A stretch of 63,468 nt of DNA, filler included, from Candidatus Fermentibacterota bacterium (GCA_016928395.1; 11 parts of 11 records of this genome joined end to end with filler, not necessarily neighbours in it), one strand, 5' to 3'; shown: positions 42,845-53,462, counted from the whole stretch's first letter. A program made the numbers and translations. The notes: generated by a model from the sequence alone, not told the origin.

Positions 42845-43480
42845 ATGCAACAGCGGTTGATGGAGGCAGTTCTCGGCGGCGATGAGCCCCTTACGAAAGA
42901 TCTCACACAACGGCTCCTCGGGCAGGGCTTGGCTGCCCGCGTGATTCTGGACGAAGTCCTCATCCCCGCCATCCGGCACGCAGGTGAGCTGTGGGAGCAG
43001 GGAGAGTTCTTCATTCCGGAGCTCATGCAGGCGTCCAGTGCCATGAAGGGCGCCATGGGCATCATCCGTCCCCACCTTAACGCTGCGGGCGGTGCCGCCG
43101 GAGCCACGGTAGTCATCGGCACCATCGAAGGCGATATTCACGATATTGGCAAGACGCTGGTGGCCGGAATGCTCGAAGCCGCCGGGCACCAGGTCATCGA
43201 TCTGGGCGCCGACGTAGCGGCGACCCGTTTCGTAGACGAGGCCCGGCGCAGCGGTGCAGCGCTCATCTGCATCTCCGCGCTGCTCACGACGACCATGGTG
43301 AACCAACGCAAGGTAGTGGAGGAGCGCGACCGGGCGGGACTGGCCTCGATTGCCCGGGTCATGGTGGGAGGCGCCCCGGTCACCCGGGCATGGGCCCATC
43401 GCATCGGCGCCGAAGGCTGGGCTCCCGATGCCTTTTCCGCAGTGGATGAAGCTGCCAGGCTCCTGTCTCTCCCCGCATGA
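42845..43480 (+). CDS. Corrinoid (cobalamin-binding) protein, MttC/MtbC-like
   Basis: GEFFIPEL, GDIHDIGKTLV, SALLTTTM, MVGGAP. Confidence 0.92.
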   Translation: MQQRLMEAVLGGDEPLTKDLTQRLLGQGLAARVILDEVLIPAIRHAGELWEQGEFFIPELMQASSAMKGAMGIIRPHLNAAGGAAGATVVIGTIEGDIHDIGKTLVAGMLEAAGHQVIDLGADVAATRFVDEARRSGAALICISALLTTTMVNQRKVVEERDRAGLASIARVMVGGAPVTRAWAHRIGAEGWAPDAFSAVDEAARLLSLPA

Positions 43481-44334
43481 GCGATCTTCTCGTTCTTGAT
43501 GGTGCCATGGGCACCGAACTCATCGCCCGGGGCCTTTCCCCGGGCGGCAGCCCCGACATGTGGAACCTAAAGCGCCCCAAAGAGGTCAGAGACGTGCACG
43601 CGTCCTATGCTGAGGCGGGCGCCCAGGTGCTCACCACCAATTCGTTCGGCTCAAACGCGATCCGCCTGAAGGCATCCGGCGCTCATGGTCTTATCGACCG
43701 GCTCAATCGCGCCGCGGCACGACTCGCCCGGGAGGCCTCGGGAGACTGCATGGTGGCGGGCGACATCGGCCCTACCGGCGAGATACTGGCACCTTTGGGA
43801 AAGCTCTCTCTTGATGAGACCCGTGCCGCGTTCCGCGCCCAGGCCCGCGAGCTGGCCGCCGCGGGAGTTGACCTGTTCATCGTGGAGACCTTTTTCAATC
43901 TGCAGGAAGCGCGCTGCGCACTGGAGGCGGTCAGGGAGGTGTGCAGCCTCCCCGTGTGGGTCAGCCTGACCTTCCGGCGCACCGCCCGCGGCTTCTTCAC
44001 CGTGTATGGTGACAGACCGCTTCCTGCTCTGACCATGCTGCTGGAGGGAGGAGCTGATAAGGCCGGCGCCAACTGCACGCTGGCATCGGCTGACATGGCC
44101 GACCTGGCGACGGAACTGGTGCCAGATTTAGGTGCCCATGCGTTCTTTCAGCCCAATGCAGGCGAACCTCAAGTCGACGGGTCCAGGCTGGTGTATCGAG
44201 AGACGCCGGCGCACTTCGCCCGGGAGATGGCCCGCATCGCGGCTTTGGAGCCTGGGGCCGTAGGGGGCTGCTGTGGCACGACACCTGATCATATCAGAGC
44301 GCTGGCAGGCGCCCTTGAGAGGAGAATGAAGTGA
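43477..44334 (+). CDS. Homocysteine S-methyltransferase domain (stand-alone)
   Basis: LDGAMGT, TNSFG, GANC, PNAG, GGCCGT. Confidence 0.92.
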   Translation: MSDLLVLDGAMGTELIARGLSPGGSPDMWNLKRPKEVRDVHASYAEAGAQVLTTNSFGSNAIRLKASGAHGLIDRLNRAAARLAREASGDCMVAGDIGPTGEILAPLGKLSLDETRAAFRAQARELAAAGVDLFIVETFFNLQEARCALEAVREVCSLPVWVSLTFRRTARGFFTVYGDRPLPALTMLLEGGADKAGANCTLASADMADLATELVPDLGAHAFFQPNAGEPQVDGSRLVYRETPAHFAREMARIAALEPGAVGGCCGTTPDHIRALAGALERRMK

Positions 44335-45782
44335 CGCCTCGTCTTGAACTGATGTCTACGGAGATGGTGCGGCTCGTCGTCGAGGAAGCCATGGGAATCC
44401 TGGAGAACCACGGTATCTGGATCGAGCATGAGGAGGCGGAATCACTGCTGATGGAAGCCGGCGCCACCGCCCACGCGGGTCGTGTGCAGATCCCCCGGGC
44501 GCTGGTGCAGGGAGCTCTCCGAAGCGCGCCGTCTACCATCACGTTCTGGGATTTTGCTGCCGAAGACAGTTTCACTGTGGGCAGCGGCATATCGCACTTC
44601 GTTCCTGGATCGGCTGCTCTTCAGATCTGGGATCTGGAGACGATGAGCCCCCGCTCCCCCGTCACCTCCGACCTAGTCAACCTGGCAAGGCTTGTGGATT
44701 CGCTGGGGCATGTTTCGTTCCAGAGCACCTCCATCGTGGCATCCGATGTCCCCGAATCCCTGGCGGATCGATACCGCCTGTTGATCGCTCTTCTCTACTG
44801 CAGGAAACCGGTGATCACCGGCACCTTCGCCCAGGATGCGTTTTGCTCCATGCAGGCACTGCTGGAGGCCGTCAGGGGCGGCCCGGAGGAGCTGGCAGCC
44901 AAACCACTGGCCATGTTCGACTGCTGCCCTTCGGCACCCCTTTTGTGGAGCGCCCTCACCACGGACGCACTCCTCCGCGCGGCCAGAGCCCGTATCCCCG
45001 CCGAGTTGGTCTCCATGCCCATGGCCGGCGCCACCGGCCCCGTGACCCTGGCCGGCTGCGTGGTGCAGCACTGCGCGGAGAACCTCTCCGGCGTCGTGAT
45101 GCATCAGCTCGCCCAGCCCGGCGCGCCCATCTCCTACGGCGGCAGCCCGGGCATCATGGACATGCGCCACGGCACGACTCCCATGGGCGCGATAGAAACT
45201 CACATGATCGATATGGCCAATGCCCAGGTTGGTCGGCACCTGGGCCTCCCCACCCATGCGTATATGGGGCTGTCGGATTCCGCGTGGCCCGACTACCAGG
45301 CGGGGGCCGAATCGGTCTTGGGCGGTGTCCTTGCCATGCTGGCCGGCGTGAGCATCGTGTCGGGGGCTGGGATGCTCAAGTTCGAAAACCGCCAGAGCCT
45401 GGAGAAACTGGTGCTGGACAATGAGTTCATCGGCGCCATTCACCGCCTTTCCCGGGGCCTGGAGCTGAGAGAACAGCCGATGGCGGGCCACCTCATGGAG
45501 GCCCTCATCACCAAAGGCCACCTTCTTGACCATGACCATACCCGCGCCTGGCTTCGCAAAGAGCACTATTTCCCGGGGCCCTCGGTGGAACGTCGCGCCG
45601 AGCCCCCTCCCGAACGGGAGGCCGGCGGAGCCCATCGACGAGCCTTGGATGCAGTGCAGAAGACTCTGGCGGCCCCGATTCGAGCGATACCACCCCCCGA
45701 GCTCAAGACGAGGCTCATCGCCATCATGAAGGCTGAGTTTGCCCGCTTCGGGGCATCGCTCCCCGCGCTGCCGGAGGCTTGA
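44331..45782 (+). CDS. Trimethylamine methyltransferase MttB superfamily, non-pyrrolysine type
   Basis: GATGPVTLAG, MDMRHG, MGLSDS..DYQAG.E, GAGML. Confidence 0.9.
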   Translation: MTPRLELMSTEMVRLVVEEAMGILENHGIWIEHEEAESLLMEAGATAHAGRVQIPRALVQGALRSAPSTITFWDFAAEDSFTVGSGISHFVPGSAALQIWDLETMSPRSPVTSDLVNLARLVDSLGHVSFQSTSIVASDVPESLADRYRLLIALLYCRKPVITGTFAQDAFCSMQALLEAVRGGPEELAAKPLAMFDCCPSAPLLWSALTTDALLRAARARIPAELVSMPMAGATGPVTLAGCVVQHCAENLSGVVMHQLAQPGAPISYGGSPGIMDMRHGTTPMGAIETHMIDMANAQVGRHLGLPTHAYMGLSDSAWPDYQAGAESVLGGVLAMLAGVSIVSGAGMLKFENRQSLEKLVLDNEFIGAIHRLSRGLELREQPMAGHLMEALITKGHLLDHDHTRAWLRKEHYFPGPSVERRAEPPPEREAGGAHRRALDAVQKTLAAPIRAIPPPELKTRLIAIMKAEFARFGASLPALPEA

Positions 45783-46570
45783 TGCACGCCATCGCACTCC
45801 AATGGTCCATCCGGCGAATGGACCCCGAGGCCAATATGGGCATGGCGGCCGACCTACTGCGCGCTTCCTCACCGCAGCCTGGTGACCTGATCGTATTGCC
45901 CGAACTCTGGCCGACGGGGTACTCAAGCGGCGACAGACTCGCGGGTGCCGCCACAGAGCATGGAGGTCGGTGGTCTTCATTCTGCGCAGATCTTGCCTCG
46001 TCCCACGGCGTGATCATTGCCGGAACGGTCCCCGCACGAACGGACAATGCACTGACCAACCGACTCCTGGTATCGGGCCCGGAGGGAACGCTGGGATATT
46101 ATGACAAGATCCATCTCTTCCCTCCTATGCGAGAGCAGCAACTGTTCGTACCCGGAACCAGGGCCGACCCCATCCCTTTGCCGGGCGGCCCCGTGATGGG
46201 GCCCGTCATCTGCTATGACGTGCGCTTCCCTGAGCTGTTCCGCCTGCTGGCCCTGCGCGGCGCCACGGTTTTTGTGATGCCCTCCCAGTTTCCAGACCCC
46301 AAGGAGGATCTCTGGCACATCTTCCTGGCCTCCCGCGCCGCCGAGAACCAGGCGTACCTGGTAGCCTGCAATCGCACGGGCGAATCGGGCTCGTTCACGT
46401 TCTTTGGTTCCAGTGCAGTCTATGATCCGCTCGGGCGGTGCCTGGGTCGATTGGGCCGCGAGGAAGGCTATCTCAAGGTGACGATAGACCCGGCAGTAGT
46501 GGTCGAGACCCGTGACGCGCTGCCGGTGCTACCCCACGCGCGGCTCTCCCTCGAGGTAAAGACACCATGA
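45782..46570 (+). CDS. Carbon-nitrogen hydrolase (nitrilase superfamily)
   Basis: VLPEL, YDKIHLF, ICYDVRFPE catalytic triad. Confidence 0.92.
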   Translation: MHAIALQWSIRRMDPEANMGMAADLLRASSPQPGDLIVLPELWPTGYSSGDRLAGAATEHGGRWSSFCADLASSHGVIIAGTVPARTDNALTNRLLVSGPEGTLGYYDKIHLFPPMREQQLFVPGTRADPIPLPGGPVMGPVICYDVRFPELFRLLALRGATVFVMPSQFPDPKEDLWHIFLASRAAENQAYLVACNRTGESGSFTFFGSSAVYDPLGRCLGRLGREEGYLKVTIDPAVVVETRDALPVLPHARLSLEVKTP

Positions 46571-46830
46571 CCGCGCGTCGCACCCGTACCGCGCTGCCCA
46601 AGAGACATCGTCTGAAGGTCAAGCGAAACCGACCGCCCAAGAAGCGGCTATGGCTCAGGAGCCGGGACTATTGGGTCGGCTGGGGATGCGCGGCCGCGGC
46701 CGTGGTCTGCGTGATTCTCGGGCTCTCTCGTCACCTGTTCCTGATTCCCGGAGGCCTGTTCTTCGTGGCAGCGGTGTTGTCCCATCGCCGCCACGCAAAG
46801 AAGTACCGCGCCGGCCTGGGATTGTGGTAA
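46567..46830 (+). CDS. Small basic membrane protein
   Basis: 4-bp overlap with the upstream gene; two TM segments. Confidence 0.55.
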   Translation: MTARRTRTALPKRHRLKVKRNRPPKKRLWLRSRDYWVGWGCAAAAVVCVILGLSRHLFLIPGGLFFVAAVLSHRRHAKKYRAGLGLW

Positions 46831-47040
46831 GCTGAGCGACGCTCGGCACCTGCCCGGCTATTCGCCGATTCCCGACTTCCTCCCGCTCTTCATCTTTGGC
46901 GCGGGACAGACGCCTTGCGATAGGACGACGTCTGGACGATCTTGATTCATGGAATGCGTTTCGTGTGCTGAGCCCTCACGGAGTCGAGACCAGCCATTCC
47001 TCCCGCGAGGTGCTCGGTCATTACCACGGAAGGACTCATC

Positions 47041-49086
47041 ATGCGCATAGCCCCCTGGATCTCGCTTATGTTGGCTGTCGCCCTTACTCAGGCGGCAGAG
47101 ACCGATTCCCCTGAGGCCATCATCGCCGCACTGCAGGCACAGGGCCGCGCCGAGGGTTGGACCTTTTCCGTGGGTGAGAATGGTGCTACCGACCGTACCA
47201 TCCAGGAACTGTGTGGCCTGGTCGAACCACCGGGCTGGCGGAGCAGCGCGCAGTTCGATCCGTGCGTGGTGACCAGGGACCTCCCTGCCAGCTTTGACTG
47301 GCGGGAGTACGATGGATGCACGCCGGTGAGGAACCAGGGATCCTGCGGGAGTTGCTGGGCATTCGGCACTGCCGGCGCCCTCGAGTGCAACATCAAAATA
47401 CGAGACGGCGTCACCAGGGATCTTTCCGAGCAGTGGCTTGTCTCCTGCAATACCGATGGGTACGGCTGCGGCGGCGGCTGGTTTGTCCACGACTATCACA
47501 TCTGGAAGAAGGATCCCTGCAATGGCACCGGGTATGTCTTGGAGGCAGACTTCCCCTACGCCGCCCAGGATCTTCCCTGCGCCTGCCCCTACGCTCATCA
47601 GACCCCTGCCGACGGCTGGGCATACATCGGTAGCGGCTCCGGTACCCCAGCAGTCAACTCAATCAAGCAGGCCATCCTTGACTATGGTCCCGTGTCGGTG
47701 GCGGTGTACGTAAACACTGCATTCCACGATTACACCGGCGGGATCTTCAACTCCAACTCGCCCGGCAGCGTCAACCACGCCGTCGTGTTAGTGGGGTGGG
47801 ACGACACCCAGGGTGCCGGCGGCGTCTGGTTTCTGCGTAACTCGTGGGGCGCAGGGTGGGGCGAGGACGGCTACATGAGGATCCAGTATGGCTGCAACAG
47901 CGTCGGCTATGCTGCCTGCTACGTCAATTACCCCGGATTGCGGGTTGGGTTCGAGTATCCCGAAGGACGTCCCGACATGCTGACGCCCGGGCAGGCAACA
48001 ACGTTCCCCGTCATCGTCTCGCCGTCCACGGGCGTGCCCGTGCCAGGCACCGGCCAGATGCACTACAGCGTCAATGGCGGCCCCTTCACCACTGTTTCCA
48101 TGACTCAGACGCGGGACGACACCTATCAGGCGACCATTCCCGCAGCGGGTTCCCTAGACCGGGTGCAGTGGTTCGTGAGCGCGCACGAACAGATCGCCGG
48201 AGCCGTCACCGACCCGCAGTTTGCGCCTGCTCAAACCTATCCATCCATAGTGGCAACCTCAACAGTGCCCCTGTATGCCGATGACTTCGAATCAAACACA
48301 GGATGGACAGTGTCGGCCGGTGCAACCACTGGCAATTGGGAGCGGGCCGATCCCCAGCAAGTCTACTACTCGGGCACCGACGAGATCACCCAACCGGAAG
48401 ACGATCACACTCCAGGCAGTGCCCTCTGTTATGTCACCGGCGCCCAGGCCGGCTCCAGCGCCGGCAGCTACGACGTAGACGGCGGGCCCACCCGCCTGAC
48501 CTCGCCGGTCTTGAACCTCACAGCCGCAGTGCATCCGGTGGTGAGCTACTGGCGTTGGTACCACATCTGTACCCAGTGGGATGATCCGCTGACGGTGGAA
48601 GTATCCAATGACAACGGCACGACCTGGGTGGTGGCGGAGCAGATCCACACCCGGCAGACATGGACCGAGGCGCGGTGGTTTGTCGAAGACTTTGTCGCAC
48701 CCTCCGCGCAGGTGAGGATTCGCTTCACCGCGTGGGATACCGATCCAGGCTCCCTGATCGAGGCCTTGGTGGATGACCTCCTGGTAGTCGGATACGGGTG
48801 TGAAGGAGGCCTGGCGCCGCCAGACGTGACCATCGCCCAAGACGGGTTATGGGTCTCACTCACCTGGGACCCCGTGCCTGATGCGACGACGTATCAGGTC
48901 TACTCTTCGGCGGATGCATGGAGCGGGTTTGTCGCCGATCTTACCGGCACGCTCAGCGGCACAACCTGGCAGGCTCCGATGGTCGGCGAACGCCGGTACT
49001 ACCGCGTGACCGCATCATCGGCTGATGCGGAGTCCGTCCCAGGCAACGTCGTGGGCTTCGACCAGTTCGTCACGGATATCCCGTAA
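47041..49086 (+). CDS. Secreted C1A (papain-like) cysteine peptidase with C-terminal beta domains
   Basis: QGSCGSCWAF, NHAV, RNSWG..WGEDGY; signal peptide. Confidence 0.92.
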   Translation: MRIAPWISLMLAVALTQAAETDSPEAIIAALQAQGRAEGWTFSVGENGATDRTIQELCGLVEPPGWRSSAQFDPCVVTRDLPASFDWREYDGCTPVRNQGSCGSCWAFGTAGALECNIKIRDGVTRDLSEQWLVSCNTDGYGCGGGWFVHDYHIWKKDPCNGTGYVLEADFPYAAQDLPCACPYAHQTPADGWAYIGSGSGTPAVNSIKQAILDYGPVSVAVYVNTAFHDYTGGIFNSNSPGSVNHAVVLVGWDDTQGAGGVWFLRNSWGAGWGEDGYMRIQYGCNSVGYAACYVNYPGLRVGFEYPEGRPDMLTPGQATTFPVIVSPSTGVPVPGTGQMHYSVNGGPFTTVSMTQTRDDTYQATIPAAGSLDRVQWFVSAHEQIAGAVTDPQFAPAQTYPSIVATSTVPLYADDFESNTGWTVSAGATTGNWERADPQQVYYSGTDEITQPEDDHTPGSALCYVTGAQAGSSAGSYDVDGGPTRLTSPVLNLTAAVHPVVSYWRWYHICTQWDDPLTVEVSNDNGTTWVVAEQIHTRQTWTEARWFVEDFVAPSAQVRIRFTAWDTDPGSLIEALVDDLLVVGYGCEGGLAPPDVTIAQDGLWVSLTWDPVPDATTYQVYSSADAWSGFVADLTGTLSGTTWQAPMVGERRYYRVTASSADAESVPGNVVGFDQFVTDIP

Positions 49087-49179
49087 CGGGTGGCCCGCGG
49101 GGCTCTTCAGTACCCTCGCGGCTGCGCCCTATGACAGAAAACCGCCGTCCGCCCCGGTGGGGCAGCAAGGAGCAGTTCC

Positions 49180-51612
49180 ATGAAGGCCGATTCCGGAAGA
49201 ACCCTCGCGTTCTCCTCTCTGAACGTTGCCTTGGCCATCCTGTGTGCCGGGTCGCCGGCCTACACCCAGACCGTGGCCGAATGGCAGACAACCATGGGCA
49301 TGTTTCGGTGCGAACTGCGGGAGGATCTTGTACCGATCACCGCCGGCAACTTCATCGACCTGACGAACGCAGGCTTCTATGACGGCTGCATTTTCCACCG
49401 GGTGATCGATGATTTCGTGATCCAAGACGGGGATCCCACGGGAACCGGCGAGGGGGGCCCAGGCTACACGATTCCAGACGAGTTCCACCCAGATCTGAAC
49501 CACAATGCGCCTGGCATACTCTCCATGGCCAATGCCGGCCCCAATACGGGCGGTTCCCAGTACTTCATCACGCTGACACCCCAGCCTCATCTCAACAATC
49601 AACATGCGGTGTTCGGGCGCGTAGTGATGGGCCTGGATGTGGTGCAGGCTATCGGCGATGTGCCTACGGACAACAATGACAGGCCGATCGTCCCGGTGGT
49701 CATCGACACGCTGCGAATCCTGGGCATCATCTACCCTCATCTGGATCTGGAGGAACTGACGGTAGCCGAGGATCCGGCGGATTCCGATGGCGATGGCGTG
49801 ATCAATCCCACCGAGTCCGGCATCCTTACCCTACGGATCACCAACTGGGCCGGATGGCAGGATGCCGACTCCATCATCGGCACGCTGACCTGCGTCGATA
49901 GCCGAGTGCAGATCACCGAGGGGGCCATCGATTTCGGGTTCCTGCCCAATGGCGCCTCCACTGACAATCTATCGTGGCCGTTCCGGTTCACTATCACTTC
50001 CAACGAGGTATTCTCCACGACCCTCCGGCTGGAGATCGTCGCCAACCCGGGGTCCGATCACCCCTATTCACAGGTCGTGGACATTCCTCTTCCCGTCACG
50101 CTCAATCAGGCCGGGTGGCCCCAGTCATTCACCTCCTCGTCATCGCCACTCATCATTGATCTGGATCGTGACGGCGCCAACGAAGTCGTGCTGGCCGACC
50201 AGCAGGGATTCGTGCATGCCTTCCGTGCGGACGCATCGTCTGAGCTGCCGGGGTTCCCGGTCGCGCTGGGGGGCACCGTCAGGACGGCGGTGGCGGCAGG
50301 GAATCTCGATGACGATGAAGCGCTGGAACTTGTGGTCACCAAGAGAACCCCGAATGCCATCGCGGCCATCGACCATACGGGAGCCGTGCTCTTCACTCAC
50401 CAGACAGATGAGTTCCTCATGGCCAATCCTATCATCGCCGACGTAGACGATGACGGGACCGCGGAAATCGTCGCGGTGACGATGAGCACCGGTTCTGTCC
50501 TGATCCTACGACCCGATGGCGAAGCCTTTCCCGGGTTTCCCGCGTCCCTGGGCGCCACTGTCCGCGCATCCGGGGCGGTGGCCGATCTGAACAACGACGG
50601 CTATCTGGACGTGGTTGTCGTGTCCAATGCGTCCGGAGGATCACTGCATGCCATCTCCACGGCCGACGGGGCAGAATTGCCGGGCTGGCCGTGTCTGATC
50701 GGTGCCGAATCGGCCAATGGCCCGACGGTGACGGATCTGGACGGCGGCGGTCCGCCTGAGGCGCTGGTGGCCACCGACGGAGGGGTGATCTACTGCGTCA
50801 ATCATGACGGAAGCGTCCGCTTCTCCAAGACCGTGAGCGCCCCGGTCAAGACCTCCATCGTCGTTGCCGACTTGGACGGCGATGACCGTGTCGATGTGGT
50901 CTTCGTGAGCAATGACGGGGCGGTGCATGCCATTGACCGACAGGGAGGAGACCTTCCCGGGTTCCCCATAAGCATCGTCGCACCATGCCAGTCCACGCCT
51001 GTGCTGGCCGACATGAACGGTAACGGCTCCATCGACATCGTGTTCGGCGACGGGGCCGGGTATCTTCACGCCATCGACATCACAGGTGATGCGCTACCGC
51101 CGTTCCCCATGGCCTTGGGCCCCGGTGTGCTGGAGGGGATCTCCATGGGTCTTCTCGATGATGATGCCGACGTCGAGCTCGCCGTGGTGGCGGGCACGCG
51201 GTGCTACGTAATTGACACCAAGCGCCAGGCCCAGGTCATCTGGCCATGTTTCAAGGGAAATCCTCGACGAACCGGCAATACTGCGGACATCTCCACCTCG
51301 TCTCCTGACTGGCCTCCTCTCCCGGCGGCGGCATTGCGGCTGGATCCGGTGTTCCCGAATCCTTTCGTGGGTAGCGTTTCTCTTCGGTTCTCCACGACTG
51401 TCCCCGGGTTAACGTCGCTACGGGTGTATGACCTGAGTGGCCGGATGGTAGCCTCGCTGTTCGACGGCATGCTGCCGGCCGGTGACCATGCCGTCCGTTG
51501 GAATGGTAGGGATTCTCTGGGCCGCCCCAGCGCCAGCGGCACCTATTTGTGCACCCTGACTTCCCACGGTCGCGACATGGTGCGACGAATTGTGCATGTG
51601 AGCGTGGACTAA
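49180..51612 (+). CDS. Secreted cyclophilin-type PPIase fused to FG-GAP repeats and a FlgD-like C-terminal domain
   Basis: FYDGCIFHRVI, LSMANAGPNTGGSQYFIT, HAVFGRV; DLDxDG repeats; FPNPF...WNGRD. Confidence 0.9.
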   Translation: MKADSGRTLAFSSLNVALAILCAGSPAYTQTVAEWQTTMGMFRCELREDLVPITAGNFIDLTNAGFYDGCIFHRVIDDFVIQDGDPTGTGEGGPGYTIPDEFHPDLNHNAPGILSMANAGPNTGGSQYFITLTPQPHLNNQHAVFGRVVMGLDVVQAIGDVPTDNNDRPIVPVVIDTLRILGIIYPHLDLEELTVAEDPADSDGDGVINPTESGILTLRITNWAGWQDADSIIGTLTCVDSRVQITEGAIDFGFLPNGASTDNLSWPFRFTITSNEVFSTTLRLEIVANPGSDHPYSQVVDIPLPVTLNQAGWPQSFTSSSSPLIIDLDRDGANEVVLADQQGFVHAFRADASSELPGFPVALGGTVRTAVAAGNLDDDEALELVVTKRTPNAIAAIDHTGAVLFTHQTDEFLMANPIIADVDDDGTAEIVAVTMSTGSVLILRPDGEAFPGFPASLGATVRASGAVADLNNDGYLDVVVVSNASGGSLHAISTADGAELPGWPCLIGAESANGPTVTDLDGGGPPEALVATDGGVIYCVNHDGSVRFSKTVSAPVKTSIVVADLDGDDRVDVVFVSNDGAVHAIDRQGGDLPGFPISIVAPCQSTPVLADMNGNGSIDIVFGDGAGYLHAIDITGDALPPFPMALGPGVLEGISMGLLDDDADVELAVVAGTRCYVIDTKRQAQVIWPCFKGNPRRTGNTADISTSSPDWPPLPAAALRLDPVFPNPFVGSVSLRFSTTVPGLTSLRVYDLSGRMVASLFDGMLPAGDHAVRWNGRDSLGRPSASGTYLCTLTSHGRDMVRRIVHVSVD

Positions 51613-52093
51613 CGGAGGCCGGCCACCCCCGAATAGTCCGTAGTGTCTGGCATCCGCGGTGCACGATTGTTCCGGGGCCCGGCTTGTTTGAGGAACATGG
51701 GAGCCGCCCCATTCGAACTGAGATCAGACAGCCAGACTCCCGGACAACCGGCCCCCTCATCCCCCGGACCCGATGGCTGTCGACGTGGGGTACGGTGTGC
51801 CGGCCGAACGTACTCTCTCTCCCAGAGGGTCTGAGTGCACCTTCAGAGACACTGCTGAACCCTTAGTCCTTCAGTTCTGTCACACCCCACCCAGGGCTCC
51901 TGAATGCCTGGTTCTTCTCACCTCATGGGATGAGTACCGCGCGTTTACCTGCGTCAGGTACCCGGACAGCACCTCGTCGCCACCCCCGTAATCCCCGTGC
52001 CAGGAGCCCGCAGCGGCCTTCCCCGCCGAGCCAATCGGAGCCCTGCCAGCGACCATGCCGGGGAGAGATAGTTGGACATTATGATCATATGAA

Positions 52094-52121
52094 TTGACAA
52101 AAACTAAACTGTAGTTACCTT
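52094..52121 (+). promoter_or_regulatory. Putative sigma70 promoter with palindromic spacer
   Basis: TTGACA-16bp-TACCTT; AACTA-N5-TAGTT in the spacer; local AT richness. Confidence 0.55.
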
Positions 52122-52287
52122 TGTATGCCATTCTGGTTGCACAACTCGTCGAGAGAGCGTCTCCAGAGCTAGTGTATGATGACCTGGTGTCTTCGCTCCC
52201 TGTGAGGAGCCGGACCGTGAACTCCACACCGTCACGCGGGAGCAGGGCTCGCGCGCGACCTGGGAAGTTACTGAAAGGAGAAGATCC

Positions 52288-52376
52288 ATGAGTGACGAAC
52301 AGCGGGAGATTCTGAAGATGGTCGCCGACAAGGTGATCACCGTGGAGGAGGCCGAGCGTCTCCTGAAGGCCTTGGA
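52288..52376 (+). CDS. YvlB/LiaX N-terminal (SHOCT-like) domain protein, 3'-partial
   Basis: MSDEQREILKMVADKVITVEEAERLLKAL after an AAGGAG RBS. Confidence 0.75.
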
Positions 52377-52691
52377 NNNNNNNNNNNNNNNNNNNNNNNN
52401 NNNNNNNNNNNNNNNNNNNNTTAATTAATTAANNNNNNNNNNNNNNNNNNNNNNNNNNNNNNNNNNNNNNNNNNNNTCAACGACCCGGAGCCGAGCCCTG
52501 CTGGTGACTTTGGCCACGGAGGATCTCGCCTGTACACTAACAGACGTCAAGGCCGTCTAAAGTGATGCTTGACGACGAGGGCATCCCTGCGGTACAGTTC
52601 GGATGCCACCACAAGGGTGATCCCCCACGAGGAATCGCCCTGTTTCCTAAGCCCGGCCTCAGACGGCCGACTCTCGGAAGGAGTGAACTCC

Positions 52692-53462
52692 ATGCTCAAG
52701 AAACTCTCACTGCTCCTCGTCCTTGGGCTGTTCTTCGCCTGTGGCGACGATGACAGCACCACGCCTCCGGCGGAACAGCCGCCGGAGGTGGTGGAACCCC
52801 CCATGACTTTCAGCGGGCCAGCGACCACGGATCCCGTCGCCGCCCCGGTTCAGTCGTATGTCTCCGTGGCCAACTCCATGTCTCAGGCCAATGCAGCCAT
52901 GCTCACAAGCATTATCGCGGCCACGGGTTCGAACGCGAGTTACAGCAATGGCGTGTGGACGTGGACCTACGTCGAGGGCCAGCATACCTACACGGTGACA
53001 TGTGAGCTCCGTTCGGACGGCTGGCACTGGATCTGCACTGTCGACGGCGGCATATTCGAGAACTGCACCATTGCCACTGGCTTCACCAGCGGCAGCGACA
53101 ACTCAGGCTGGTGGAAGTTCCACGACTGCGACACCGGCGCCGTGACTGCCAGCGCCTCCTGGTTGGGAGATGAGACTTCTGGAAGCGTCGATTGGTACGA
53201 GGGAGACTTCCAGGCCGGGGGAACTCTGGTTCTGCAGAGCACCTGGAGCACGACCGGTTCATCCACGACTACTACGCTCACGGCGCCGCAGCAGATCAAG
53301 ATCGTGGTCACCGAGAATACGGATGGTTCCGGCGAGCTGTTTGTCTACGAGTGGGACGACATGGGCGCTGCGTGGACATTGGTGTTCGAGGCCCATTGGA
53401 ATGCCAACGGTTCCGGCTCATACACCAATCATCTCACGGGCGAAACAAGAACCTGGGGATAG
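52692..53462 (+). CDS. Hypothetical lipoprotein
   Basis: Lipobox FFAC-GDDD; AGGAG RBS; Trp-rich beta protein. Confidence 0.75.
   Translation: MLKKLSLLLVLGLFFACGDDDSTTPPAEQPPEVVEPPMTFSGPATTDPVAAPVQSYVSVANSMSQANAAMLTSIIAATGSNASYSNGVWTWTYVEGQHTYTVTCELRSDGWHWICTVDGGIFENCTIATGFTSGSDNSGWWKFHDCDTGAVTASASWLGDETSGSVDWYEGDFQAGGTLVLQSTWSTTGSSTTTTLTAPQQIKIVVTENTDGSGELFVYEWDDMGAAWTLVFEAHWNANGSGSYTNHLTGETRTWG

Noticed and set aside
44331-45782. Pyrrolysine read-through in MttB
   Set aside because: The ORF is uninterrupted; Leu occupies the equivalent position.
51780-52030. Possible glycine or cobalamin riboswitch
   Set aside because: Only scattered motif fragments; the conserved cores are absent.
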